Source: Flavobacteriales bacterium
GTDB lineage: Bacteria; Bacteroidota; Bacteroidia; Flavobacteriales_F; PHOS-HE28
Direction of reading: 5' to 3'
Assembly (NCBI GenBank): GCA_016704485.1
Contig: JADJAA010000002.1
Location: forward strand, 945,892 to 1,009,891
DNA: 64,000 bases
Of the stretch, positions 50,670-60,395 are shown one piece after another. Below the pieces are notes generated by a model, which was not told the origin of the DNA, ran no database searches, and worked only from the letters and a program-made list of their open reading frames with translations. Position 1 is the stretch's first letter. The number at the start of each line of letters is the position of its first letter. The translations under genes were made by a program, and so were the position numbers.

Positions 50670-51524
50670 ACACTGGGCTTTGATCAACTTTTTAATGTTC
50701 CAGTTGATCTTCTTCTTTGGCGCAATGTACTTCGCTAAGAAAAGCGATGGACATCAGCGACAAGCAATGGGAAGTGTTGGAAAAACCGCTTACAAGTATT
50801 TTTCATAAGAGCGAAACACGTGGCAGGCCCAGACAAGATCCACGTGCGGTGCTTAACGGGATCTTGTGGATATGCCGGACCGGTGCACCATGGGCAGATC
50901 TACCTGGCAGATACCCGCCATACCAGACTTGCCATCGGTACCACAAACACTGGTGCAAGAGCGGTTCTTGGGATAAACTGCTGCATGCTCTTGCATCGGA
51001 TCCACGCGATCGAGGGAAGATCGACATTACCGAATGCTTTATCGATGGCACCTTCGCAAGTGCCAAAAAGGGGGCTTGTGTTGGACCTACTAAGAAAGGG
51101 AAAGGCACCAAGATCATGGCAGTCACAGACGCTGTTGGTATTCCTCTCACCGTACGGGCCTTTAGCGCCAGCACCCATGAAGTAAAGCTAGCCGATAGGA
51201 CGATCCGTTCGTGTGCCATAAAGCCCAAACGTGCGATCGCCGACAGGGCGTACGACAGTGACAAACTAAGACGCACATTGAAGAAACGCGGAATCCAACT
51301 GGTATGTCCGCACAGGAGTAACAGAAAACGACAAGTGCATCAAGATGGACGGGAATTACGGCGCTACAAACGCCGCTGGAAGGTCGAAAGGTTGTTCGCG
51401 TGGTTGTTTAACTCGCGCCGTACATTCGTTCGGTATGAATACCATGCAGACCTCTTCTTAGGCATGGTGCAGTTGGCTTGCGTAATGATAATTCTCAAAA
51501 GTTATTTTTGAGATGGCTTCTAGA
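50627..51524. mobile_element. IS5-family insertion sequence, copy B (898 bp, intact)
   Basis: Same ends as copy A. Single uninterrupted 264-aa transposase ORF. Confidence 0.85.
50717..51511 (+). CDS. IS5-family DDE transposase (intact)
   Basis: 264 aa, N-terminal HTH (WEVLEKPL..RGRPR). Transposase_DDE_IS5 pattern. Identical to the copy A reading apart from three small differences. Confidence 0.85.
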   Translation: MAQCTSLRKAMDISDKQWEVLEKPLTSIFHKSETRGRPRQDPRAVLNGILWICRTGAPWADLPGRYPPYQTCHRYHKHWCKSGSWDKLLHALASDPRDRGKIDITECFIDGTFASAKKGACVGPTKKGKGTKIMAVTDAVGIPLTVRAFSASTHEVKLADRTIRSCAIKPKRAIADRAYDSDKLRRTLKKRGIQLVCPHRSNRKRQVHQDGRELRRYKRRWKVERLFAWLFNSRRTFVRYEYHADLFLGMVQLACVMIILKSYF

Positions 51525-51920
51525 AAGCCCAAGTTGCCAGCAGCCATTGAGCTGCGCCAATTGACACAGATGCTGAAGAAGACCGATAAGGAAAGCTTCA
51601 CTGGGGGTCTACAACTATGGCATACCAAATGGAAGGCCTTCCTCGCTGAACGAACTGTGGAATCAACCACCGGCAAGTCACGTTATACGCACGGTCGCCT
51701 GCGGAGCGCACACCGGAGCCTATCGTGCAATCTGCCTTGGTTGTTCACTTGGTACGACTATCCTGAACTGGATATTCCCAACACCACCAATGCAATAGAT
51801 GGCTACTTCGCAGACCTGAAGAACAAGCTTCGCAATCACAATGGCCTCTCCTTGACTCGGAAACAAAAATTTATCGATGAGTTTTTGAAGGCATGCGGAC
51901 CTCGCGATGGGAACGGTTGA
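51513..51920 (+). pseudogene. IS1595-like transposase, C-terminal part (resumes immediately after the IS5 right end)
   Basis: Continues the frame of 50106..50669. Contains the TNAIDGYF..LKNKL region, equivalent to the IS1/IS1595 C-terminal catalytic segment. Confidence 0.5.
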
Positions 51921-52055
51921 TCCGAAGGTTCCGTTCCCATCCGATCATCGCTCAGTCATCAGGTTTATCCCTGGCAGGTTGCTCTCCAGCAGAGCCTACT
52001 TCCGTTTCGCCAGACACCCAAAGATCAGAATCGCAATTAGGTTCTCCAACAACGG

Positions 52056-52742
52056 TTGATAACTCGCCATTCGTTTTGTCCATTAGAGACAAACGTCTCC
52101 CAAAAGCCATTCGTTTTGTCTATTACACCTCATTTTTCGTTGGGGGCTTCGTTCGCTTCGGAATTAGCGTATCGCACGCTCCTGCTCAATGAACAGAGTG
52201 ATCTCTATAGGTGGATCATTGATGGGAGGAACGATCACGAGATCCCTCGATTCGGGTATTCGGCTACGCTGAGCATGACCTACGAATTCAATAGGCATTG
52301 GTCAGTTGGAATCGGTGTTGGGTATTCGAAGAAGGGATACCGAACAAACATCGTGGATATCGAGCCATTGACCTTTGGCGATGTCATCGACCCAATAACG
52401 GGTAATGTCCATTATTCCTCCAACGACCCGGCGATTCCTCAAAAATTACGCAATGTGTATGGCTTTGCGTACATCACAATTCCGGTCCAATTGAGTTACG
52501 TGGCAGGCAAGGGTAAGATACGATCCATCAGTTCCATCGGCATGAGCGTTGATATGCTCAATCACGCGACGAGCGTCTTCGTTGGCAAATATTCGGACAG
52601 GGGTTGGGAACGGAAGACCACTGACCAGACCGAACAATTCTCCCAATGGAACCTAACACCGATGGTATCAACGGGAATTGCGATGCAAGTGGGCACTAGA
52701 CTGAGGTTTACACTTGCACCTGTTGCACGCTACGGTCTATAA
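52056..52742 (+). CDS. Outer membrane beta-barrel protein lacking its signal peptide (probably truncated by the upstream insertion)
   Basis: Beta-strand periodicity and a C-terminal aromatic strand (LAPVARYGL). No signal peptide. Its first codons overlap the element's right terminal repeats. Confidence 0.45.
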   Translation: MITRHSFCPLETNVSQKPFVLSITPHFSLGASFASELAYRTLLLNEQSDLYRWIIDGRNDHEIPRFGYSATLSMTYEFNRHWSVGIGVGYSKKGYRTNIVDIEPLTFGDVIDPITGNVHYSSNDPAIPQKLRNVYGFAYITIPVQLSYVAGKGKIRSISSIGMSVDMLNHATSVFVGKYSDRGWERKTTDQTEQFSQWNLTPMVSTGIAMQVGTRLRFTLAPVARYGL

Positions 52743-52866
52743 CGGATCATCGACACACCGATAACTGGCAGACTCTGGAGCGTTGGGTTGGAAGCCGGCT
52801 GCTATTGGGCGCTTTGAAGTCCTGTGAGGATACAGGCAGATCACAGTTGCCGTTAGCAAAAGTCCA

Positions 52867-53268
52867 TCAAGGGCACACCGCTTCTTCCAGAACCTTGTCA
52901 ACGGCCAGGTATTCCTCTGCATCGTCTCCTTCTGCGGTTTCGCCCATTACGGTATGCGCTTCAAGCTTTACTACCACGGAGCCGCCATGCTTTACTGCAA
53001 GAGCGATCAACCGATCCTGCGCACTACCAGGAATTACCGGCTTGTTGAAAGCTGACCCACACGGAACAAAACTGTGCGCACCATCGCTATAGGAGTAGGT
53101 GCCAATTACCGTACTGTCGTCCACTGCATTCGTGGGAGTTGTTTCATCAGGAATTTGCTCCGTGGAAGAAGTAGGTTGCTCCTTGAACTCCGGCACAGAT
53201 CCCGCATCAGGGTTGGTACAACCGGAATACATAATTCCAAGAACCACGATCGCCAATACATTTTTCAT
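52867..53268 (-). CDS. Hypothetical lipoprotein
   Basis: Signal peptide with lipobox (MYSGC), then a 115-aa soluble domain. Confidence 0.5.
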   Translation of the reverse strand: MKNVLAIVVLGIMYSGCTNPDAGSVPEFKEQPTSSTEQIPDETTPTNAVDDSTVIGTYSYSDGAHSFVPCGSAFNKPVIPGSAQDRLIALAVKHGGSVVVKLEAHTVMGETAEGDDAEEYLAVDKVLEEAVCP

Positions 53269-53354
53269 GATGGTGCAAAGGAATAGCCCAGCACGTGGAA
53301 AGGACTAATAATTATTCAACCTGATCAAGAACCACCGAAAAAGTTCGATCACCT

Positions 53355-54023
53355 TTGTCGCTTCGAATGATCCCTGTTCTATCCGCATTCTATTTCGGCA
53401 CGATCGATCACTATCGTGTGTTGGCAAAGCATCCGAAGGTGATCATTGACCTCGGCGAGCATTACGAACGGCAGAGTTATCGCAATCGCACAACGGTCAT
53501 CGGCCCCAATGGAACGAATGACCTTGTAGTCCCCATTGCGCGCAGAAGCGGAGAGAAAATGCCTATGCGCGAAGTAGGCCTCAGTTATGCTGAAACGTGG
53601 CCCCGGCAACACCTGCATGCGATCCGCAGTGCTTATGGAAAAACGCCATGGTTCATCCATTTCGAAGATGATCTCAATGATCTATTGAGCAAGCGCTATG
53701 ACCGACTTGTGGAGTTGGATCTAGCAACGATGCGCCTTGCGATGAAGTGGTTGGGGTTGGGAACGGAATTGGTTCTGAGTGAAACCTACGTAGAGGTGAA
53801 TGGTGAATGGGTAGGAAGCGATCTTGCGCGAAAGACGACCAACAACCAATTCGTGGATCTCCGCACTGCTCTGCATCCCAAACAACCACTGCCCGATCCG
53901 CTTTTGACTCCGCCAACCTACACTCAGGTATTTGCGGATAGGCATGGGTTCATTCCGGGGTTGAGCATTATCGATCTCGTGTGCAATTGCGGGCGTGATG
54001 CACGACGAGTCGTATTGGGTTGA
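53355..54023 (+). CDS. WbqC-like family protein
   Basis: 222 aa. N-terminal ..SAFYFGTI and C-terminal SIIDLVCNCG resemble the WbqC-like family (PF08889) pattern. Confidence 0.45.
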   Translation: MSLRMIPVLSAFYFGTIDHYRVLAKHPKVIIDLGEHYERQSYRNRTTVIGPNGTNDLVVPIARRSGEKMPMREVGLSYAETWPRQHLHAIRSAYGKTPWFIHFEDDLNDLLSKRYDRLVELDLATMRLAMKWLGLGTELVLSETYVEVNGEWVGSDLARKTTNNQFVDLRTALHPKQPLPDPLLTPPTYTQVFADRHGFIPGLSIIDLVCNCGRDARRVVLG

Positions 54024-54167
54024 TCTGTGGGGTGTTAGACAATACTTTCATGTAGGCCGAAGAAAACTTCCAGCAAGATCATATCAAAGAATAATAATCA
54101 TTATTGATGGCCCCTTGGGCATAGTTACCAAGCAACACTGTATTTTTCTGCCCAATTATTACAAGGA

Positions 54168-55121
54168 ATGCGCATCATTTCATTGTTGGCCCTGATCATA
54201 GCGAACCTACTATCTGTGCAAGCACAAACACAGAGATCCACGGCTGATGCTGTAAAATGGGCACGTGCATTAGAATTGGACAGCCTAGGTAAGACCGCCC
54301 AAGCAGTGAAGCTCTATACCGATCTTACCAACGAACCTGCATGGGCGTACAAAGCTTATATGGCTCGGAGTGGGGCCTATTTCGTAGTTCTGCATGATTA
54401 TCAGGAAGCATTCATGGATCTTGCAAAAGCCATGGAGTTGGAACCGGATAGCATTGCTCCATATTTGAACCGTAGTGCATGCTACATCACAGCCAAAATG
54501 CCGGATCGTGCACTCTCCGATCTCGACGAAGCGCTGGTCCGTGCCAGAGACCGCGAAGACAGCATTTCCGTTTTCGTGAACCAGGCCAGTGCACTATTCA
54601 CCGTCCGGAAGTTCGATGTGGCATTGACCGCCTTGGACAAAGCACTCTTGCTGGACAGCACATCGATGGCAGTGCTATTGAACAAAGCAACAGCATTGGA
54701 TGAATTGGGAAAACAAGAGGAGGCATATACCATTACACTAAAGCTCCACGAATTATTCCCCGTTGATGTCGCCATCATGAATAACTTAGGCTATCAGTCC
54801 AGTAACATGAAGAATTTTGACGAAGCAAGGTCCTGGTATGAAAAAGCACTGAAGGTTGACCCCAAGGACGCCTATATTCTCAGCAACCTGAGCTATATTC
54901 AATTGCAACAAGGCGCATTGAACGATGCACTGGACAGTGTTGAACGCTCAATACGATCCAACCCGAACAACAGTTATGCGTATCGCAATGCCGGTTTGAT
55001 ATGGCAAGCCAAGGACAACAAGGCCAAAGCATGTGATGCCTTCGAAAAGGCATTATCGCTTGGTTTCACCACGGAGTATGGTCCTGAAGTGGCCGACCTG
55101 AGAAAGAACTATTGCAAATGA
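54168..55121 (+). CDS. Secreted TPR-repeat protein
   Basis: Signal peptide (..SVQAQ), then about 7 TPR repeats. Its stop overlaps the ATG of the next gene. Confidence 0.7.
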   Translation: MRIISLLALIIANLLSVQAQTQRSTADAVKWARALELDSLGKTAQAVKLYTDLTNEPAWAYKAYMARSGAYFVVLHDYQEAFMDLAKAMELEPDSIAPYLNRSACYITAKMPDRALSDLDEALVRARDREDSISVFVNQASALFTVRKFDVALTALDKALLLDSTSMAVLLNKATALDELGKQEEAYTITLKLHELFPVDVAIMNNLGYQSSNMKNFDEARSWYEKALKVDPKDAYILSNLSYIQLQQGALNDALDSVERSIRSNPNNSYAYRNAGLIWQAKDNKAKACDAFEKALSLGFTTEYGPEVADLRKNYCK

Positions 55122-58100
55122 ACTCGATCCACATGATCTACCCGTTACAGGAACAAAAGCGACCAACTCGTTCATCACTTCGATCCACCCTCATCCGTCA
55201 CCTAGGTCTTTTCGCGCTTATTGCAATGGGTTCCACCATCACGCAGGCTCAAATGAAGATGGACATGGGTCATGGTAGTGCCATGCTGGATCAAGCGCGC
55301 GAACTAGTGCGGAGCGATAATAAAGCTGAAGCGTTGAAGTTATTGGGTACAGTGCATCCGAACGATTCACTGTATGACAGAGCATTGCAAACACGTTTCT
55401 ATCTTCTCGTTGACGATAAGAAATTCGAAGAGGCGAATACGCTGAGCATATTGGGCATGCGGGCCAAGGGTAAACTCAGGAATGAGTTCATGGTGATGCA
55501 CACCGCTATTCTTGTGGATCTGGAAAAATGGGAGGACGCATTGGCTGCAGCTGACTCGGCAATTGTAGCGTTACCCGGACTGTATCGTCCACGACACTTG
55601 AGATCTCTTTCGCTGGCGGAACTCGGTAGAAAGAAAGAAGCACTGGAACAATCCATGGACAATGCGAAGCGATTCCCGTACAGGCGCGAAGCACACGTTC
55701 GGTTGGGAACGTTGGCCTTTAACGAAGGACTTGTCTCACAAGCCGCGATGGCATACGCTATGGCCCAAGTAGTTCGGTATGACGATGACTTCGCAAACAC
55801 CTTACTCGGCCAGAACGACGGTGCACTAGGGGCTACCATTGAAGCAAAGTCGGAAGGATACGACCTCAGCGTTACGGGCGATGACCTTTCTGAAGAAGAC
55901 TTGTTGATCCGTAGCAAGGTGGCCATGGACAAAGACTACAAGTGCAAGCCGGATCTTACGTACCCCATATGTCGGCAGTCTCATTTACTTTTCACCTCCA
56001 TCCATGAAAAGAAAGGTGAATTGAAGGGGTTCTACAGCGAGTTCTACGGCCCGTTGATCAATGAGATCATGGACCAGGGCTTATTCGAAGGGTTCATCTA
56101 TCACTGCTTACTCTCAAGCACCGATAAAGGGGTCAAGTCCCTTGCATCGAAGAACAAGAGCAAAGTAGAAGCCTTCCGTGCAAAAATGGGAGATGTGATG
56201 CAAAAGCATTACATCATGTTCCCAGAGGAAGAAGGCGGAGCGAACGTGATGCACATCTATAACAATGATGGCGATATGGTGGGTTATGGTCCGGGGGATC
56301 CAATTAACTCGGCCAGCTCGGGCCAGTGGAATTATTATTACAGCAATGGGCCAAAGCGATCATGGGGTAATTTGGATAACGATGGTAAACGCACTGGAAC
56401 TTGGTCCGACCGCTATGAATCCGGCATTATGTCCAGCAGGGCAGAATACAAAGCCGGCGAGATCGAAGGACTTGCTCTGTTCTATCATGAGACAGGTGCA
56501 CTCTCGGATAGCATTCATGTTGTGGATGGCAAACGCAATGGCCAAGTGTGTATGTATTACGAAATGGGAGGCCTTCGCAACTGCAAAACAACAGTAGCTG
56601 GCGCATGGACCGGCCCTGTTACCGAGTACTACCGGAATGGCGCACCGGAGTGGACATATGCCCTGAAGGAAGGGATCACGGAAGGCACCGTGAAGCAACA
56701 GTACAATACGGGCGGAACGGCGTTCATAGGTGAATATATCAACGACCTGCGCAGCGGTACTCACAACGAAATGTACCCTGATGGTGCCAAGAAAAGTTCA
56801 TACAGCTATACGGAAGGAAAAGGCAACGGTGCATACACCAAATGGTCTGCGGACGGTATGCTCTCCGAAGAAGGTACGCTCAAGAACAACGTGATCATTG
56901 GCGAACGGAAGACCTACGACCAATGGGGAACGTTGGACGTACTCATGCGTTTCGATGAACAAGGACGCGCCCAGGGAACACGCGTAGAGAACAATGACGA
57001 AGGCAACCCCTTCGTTGAAATGGAATACAACAAGGATCTGCTTATCCGGTATTCCTATCGCGATCGAACGGGTAAGGTCATCGGAGAAGGAACACGTTCC
57101 AAAGGCAGGTTCGATCTGAAAGGATATAACATGGACAGCGGGCTTCGCGTGGAAGGAGTGTATTTGGATGAAGGCCAGAAAGATGGCAAATGGAAGTACT
57201 ACCAAGCCGATGGCACGTTGGAGAATGAAGAGAATTTCAAGAACGGAGAACCGGATGGAAAGCAACTCTTCTATTCAGAAGATGGATCGAATTTCGGCTT
57301 CGACGAGAACTACTCGCGGAATGATATTACGTACACCGCATTCGAGCGCTACTACCGCGATGGCAAAATGCTCTACGAAGGACAGATCAAAGGCGACAAC
57401 AATGACGGCGCCTATCGTCGATACTATCCGGATGGCACATTGGACCAGGACCTCTATTACGTAGCTGGCCGGTTCCACGGCTGGCAGGTGTATTATGATG
57501 TGGACGGCAAGAAGATCTACGCAACGCGTTATGAGAACGGGACCATGATGGAACAGATCAATTATGACCGGGATGGCAACGCTTACGAAACCGTGGTCGT
57601 AACGCCCGGTGCATTCGAGTTCGTCCAGCATCATTACAACGGTGCAGTTCGTTCCCGTTGGGCTGTGATGAACGCTATGTTGAACGGTAAGGCAACATGG
57701 TATTATCCGGATGGCTCCGTGGAAGTGGAAGGCGAGTTCCTGAATGGGGACCGTCATGGCAAATGGACCGGGTACCACACGAATGGCAAAAAGAGCTATG
57801 AACGAGAGTACGTAATGGGCAATAGCATTGGTCAGTATACCCAATGGTTCGCCAACGGTACGATGCAAAGCGAAACACCTTACGTGGCCGGATATGTTAG
57901 TGGGTTGGCCAAAGAATACCATGATAACGGCAAGATCTCGTTCCAGCGCAATTACGGCTATGGCAATTATCACGGCGATCATTCAAGTTACACCCTTAAT
58001 GGCGAGCCACAAATGGTGCGCTTCTATCACAAAGGGCGTTTGTACGCCTATGGTTCCCCCACCGCTGATGGTACCGTAAAGGACACCATACATGTAAGCA

Positions 58101-58483
58101 GCGGTATTGCGAACTGTACCTCCACGTTCCCGGATGGCACGAAGGCGCGTCAGATCAATTTCCGGAACGGAGAGATCGATGGAAAGTTCATTGAGTATCA
58201 CGCCAACGGAAAGGTCATGGAATCGGCGGAATACCAAGTTGGTCAAATTGTTGGCGAGCATGAAGAATTCTACGCCGATGGCACTCCAAAACAGACCACA
58301 CCCTACGTTGCTGGTTTGAAACACGGGGAGCAGATCGCTTACTGGAACACTGGAAAGGTGAAAGAAAAACGTAACTTCAAGTTCGGAGAAGAACAGGGTC
58401 TTCGAACATTCCATGACCAAACAGGAAAACTACTTGCAACTTTCGACGTTCGGGACAATGACGTTGTCGAGATCATCAAATAA
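55118..58483 (+). CDS. Large secreted protein: N-terminal TPR-like region plus more than 20 MORN-variant (YwqK-like) repeats
   Basis: Signal peptide. A repeated 23-25-aa unit, pattern G.W..Y..NG....EG.Y.NG...G, throughout residues 380-1120. Confidence 0.65.
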   Translation: MNSIHMIYPLQEQKRPTRSSLRSTLIRHLGLFALIAMGSTITQAQMKMDMGHGSAMLDQARELVRSDNKAEALKLLGTVHPNDSLYDRALQTRFYLLVDDKKFEEANTLSILGMRAKGKLRNEFMVMHTAILVDLEKWEDALAAADSAIVALPGLYRPRHLRSLSLAELGRKKEALEQSMDNAKRFPYRREAHVRLGTLAFNEGLVSQAAMAYAMAQVVRYDDDFANTLLGQNDGALGATIEAKSEGYDLSVTGDDLSEEDLLIRSKVAMDKDYKCKPDLTYPICRQSHLLFTSIHEKKGELKGFYSEFYGPLINEIMDQGLFEGFIYHCLLSSTDKGVKSLASKNKSKVEAFRAKMGDVMQKHYIMFPEEEGGANVMHIYNNDGDMVGYGPGDPINSASSGQWNYYYSNGPKRSWGNLDNDGKRTGTWSDRYESGIMSSRAEYKAGEIEGLALFYHETGALSDSIHVVDGKRNGQVCMYYEMGGLRNCKTTVAGAWTGPVTEYYRNGAPEWTYALKEGITEGTVKQQYNTGGTAFIGEYINDLRSGTHNEMYPDGAKKSSYSYTEGKGNGAYTKWSADGMLSEEGTLKNNVIIGERKTYDQWGTLDVLMRFDEQGRAQGTRVENNDEGNPFVEMEYNKDLLIRYSYRDRTGKVIGEGTRSKGRFDLKGYNMDSGLRVEGVYLDEGQKDGKWKYYQADGTLENEENFKNGEPDGKQLFYSEDGSNFGFDENYSRNDITYTAFERYYRDGKMLYEGQIKGDNNDGAYRRYYPDGTLDQDLYYVAGRFHGWQVYYDVDGKKIYATRYENGTMMEQINYDRDGNAYETVVVTPGAFEFVQHHYNGAVRSRWAVMNAMLNGKATWYYPDGSVEVEGEFLNGDRHGKWTGYHTNGKKSYEREYVMGNSIGQYTQWFANGTMQSETPYVAGYVSGLAKEYHDNGKISFQRNYGYGNYHGDHSSYTLNGEPQMVRFYHKGRLYAYGSPTADGTVKDTIHVSSGIANCTSTFPDGTKARQINFRNGEIDGKFIEYHANGKVMESAEYQVGQIVGEHEEFYADGTPKQTTPYVAGLKHGEQIAYWNTGKVKEKRNFKFGEEQGLRTFHDQTGKLLATFDVRDNDVVEIIK

Positions 58484-58487
58484 CCGA

Positions 58488-60395
58488 ATGCGGGCCGCGT
58501 TGTATTTGATCGCATTGTTGTTCTGTGGGCAAGCATTCGGACAGAACATGTCCGAGCAGCTTGTGCTGCTCCGGCGTACGTACCAGGATCAATCGTCCGT
58601 TTACCTTCGGAACAACACTACGTACCACATTGTGCGAACTGAGAAAGGCATTGTTTCCACGCGTGAGATCGAAAATGACCGTATGTTATTGAAAGATATC
58701 GTGGGGGACGTACAGGAAGAGCGCGTGTATTACAGTGACCTAATGCCACTGAAGGAGATCGAAGCCTATACCCTCATACCGAAGGGCAATGGCTCCAAAC
58801 GGATAAAGATCGGTGCTGTGGAACACCGTGATCAGCGCAGCAACAGCATCTTCCACGACGATTCGCGCATAGCCTATTTTACAATGCCATCCTTGGCTTC
58901 CGGAGCAGTGGCGCATTTACGTTACGTGGTTGCGTTCCCGGATGCCCGCTTCTCCACCGGCCACTATTTCGCCAGTGAGTTTCCTGTGGAAGAAAGCATT
59001 CTTACCGTGATCAGTGACGCGGACATAGACGTTGACGTGCGCACCTTCCATATGCCGGATGGCAGCTATACACGGTCAGTATCCACCGAGAAAGGCAAAA
59101 CCGTACAACGGTACACCATGCGCAATGTTCCGCCCATGAAGTTCGCTAGTGATGCACCTTCATTCAGCTATTACACGCCCCATGCTCAATTGATCGTGAA
59201 CACTGAGAAAGTTGAAAGCACGGACCGAGTGGACCAGCTCTATGGATGGCTGTACAGTTATGTAGGGCAATGTTCAGATCCGGCCGATGCTTCCATAACC
59301 GCACTTACGGATTCGTTAACGGCGAACATACTGGTCCCCCAGGAAAAAGCATCGGTGATCTACCGTTGGGTGCAGGACCACATCCGCTACATTGCATTCG
59401 AGGATGGCCTCAATGGTCTCATTCCAGCACCTGCCGAAGAGGTTTCACGTGTTCGATATGGTGATTGCAAAGGTATGAGCAACGTGCTGCAGACAATGCT
59501 TCGTGCTGCTGGACTTGATGCCCATCTGGCATGGATCGGCACGCGGGACAGACCTTATACGTTCAATGAACTACCCGCTGCCGGAAGTAGCGACCATATG
59601 ATCGTGGCCTTGTACTTGGCGGACACCACCCTCTTTCTGGATGGCACTGCGAATGTGAACGCGTTCGGTTTTCCCAGTGGATTCACTCAAGGTAAAGAAG
59701 CGCTGATCGCCATGGACAGCGCGACGTACAACATCAGCACCGTACCGGTTATGCCCGCTGCGGCCAGCGTGCTGCGCGATGACGTTCGGCTGAAATTCGT
59801 AGGGAACGAGTTGGTCGGCACCGGCAGGATCACATTGACCGGATATGATCGGCACAACCTAACGCATTATTTACGCGCCGTGCAACCCAACAAAGTGAAC
59901 GACGTACTGCGCAGCGTGTTGATGAAAGGCTCCAATAAATTCCAACTGGACAGCACGCACGTGGAAGGTCTGAATGATCGAGAAGCACCGCTCAGCATTA
60001 CCTACACCTTCAGATTACCGGACCACATGCACCGCAATGGCGACCGTGTGTATTTGCCCTTAACGCTAAGCGACCCTTGGAAAGACCTTCGGTTTGCGGA
60101 AGAACGCGTCCTACCCTTGGAATTCCCCTACGAGTATGAACGCCATTACACCGTGACATTGGATCTTCCGGAAGGAGCACAATGGGATGGCGCCTCTTCA
60201 GAACTGAAAATGGACATCAATGCCGCCAGCTACAGCATTATGACCAATGGCGATCAACGCACGATAACCACCAACGCTGACTTCGTTGTTAACCGTTTGA
60301 TCATGGATGAAGAACTCAATGATTGGCGGGACATGAACAAATCGCTCCTGAAGGACTTGGGCCGTACCGTAGTAATAGACCTACCCAGCGAATGA
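58488..60395 (+). CDS. Secreted transglutaminase-like (DUF3857/DUF3858-type) protein
   Basis: Signal peptide MRAALYLIALLFCGQAFGQ. Central VRYGDCKGMSNVLQTMLRAAGLDAHLAW matches the transglutaminase-like Cys core. ATG starts 5 nt after the upstream stop. Confidence 0.55.
   Translation: MRAALYLIALLFCGQAFGQNMSEQLVLLRRTYQDQSSVYLRNNTTYHIVRTEKGIVSTREIENDRMLLKDIVGDVQEERVYYSDLMPLKEIEAYTLIPKGNGSKRIKIGAVEHRDQRSNSIFHDDSRIAYFTMPSLASGAVAHLRYVVAFPDARFSTGHYFASEFPVEESILTVISDADIDVDVRTFHMPDGSYTRSVSTEKGKTVQRYTMRNVPPMKFASDAPSFSYYTPHAQLIVNTEKVESTDRVDQLYGWLYSYVGQCSDPADASITALTDSLTANILVPQEKASVIYRWVQDHIRYIAFEDGLNGLIPAPAEEVSRVRYGDCKGMSNVLQTMLRAAGLDAHLAWIGTRDRPYTFNELPAAGSSDHMIVALYLADTTLFLDGTANVNAFGFPSGFTQGKEALIAMDSATYNISTVPVMPAAASVLRDDVRLKFVGNELVGTGRITLTGYDRHNLTHYLRAVQPNKVNDVLRSVLMKGSNKFQLDSTHVEGLNDREAPLSITYTFRLPDHMHRNGDRVYLPLTLSDPWKDLRFAEERVLPLEFPYEYERHYTVTLDLPEGAQWDGASSELKMDINAASYSIMTNGDQRTITTNADFVVNRLIMDEELNDWRDMNKSLLKDLGRTVVIDLPSE

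Larger units (their letters stand above)
50015..52085. mobile_element. IS1595-like (zinc-finger DDE transposase) insertion sequence carrying a nested IS5-family element
   Basis: 19-bp terminal inverted repeat taatggacaaaacgaatgg at 50015-50033, with its reverse complement at 52067-52085. A second right-end-like copy lies at 52107-52125. The transposase ORF is interrupted at 50627-51524. Confidence 0.55.
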
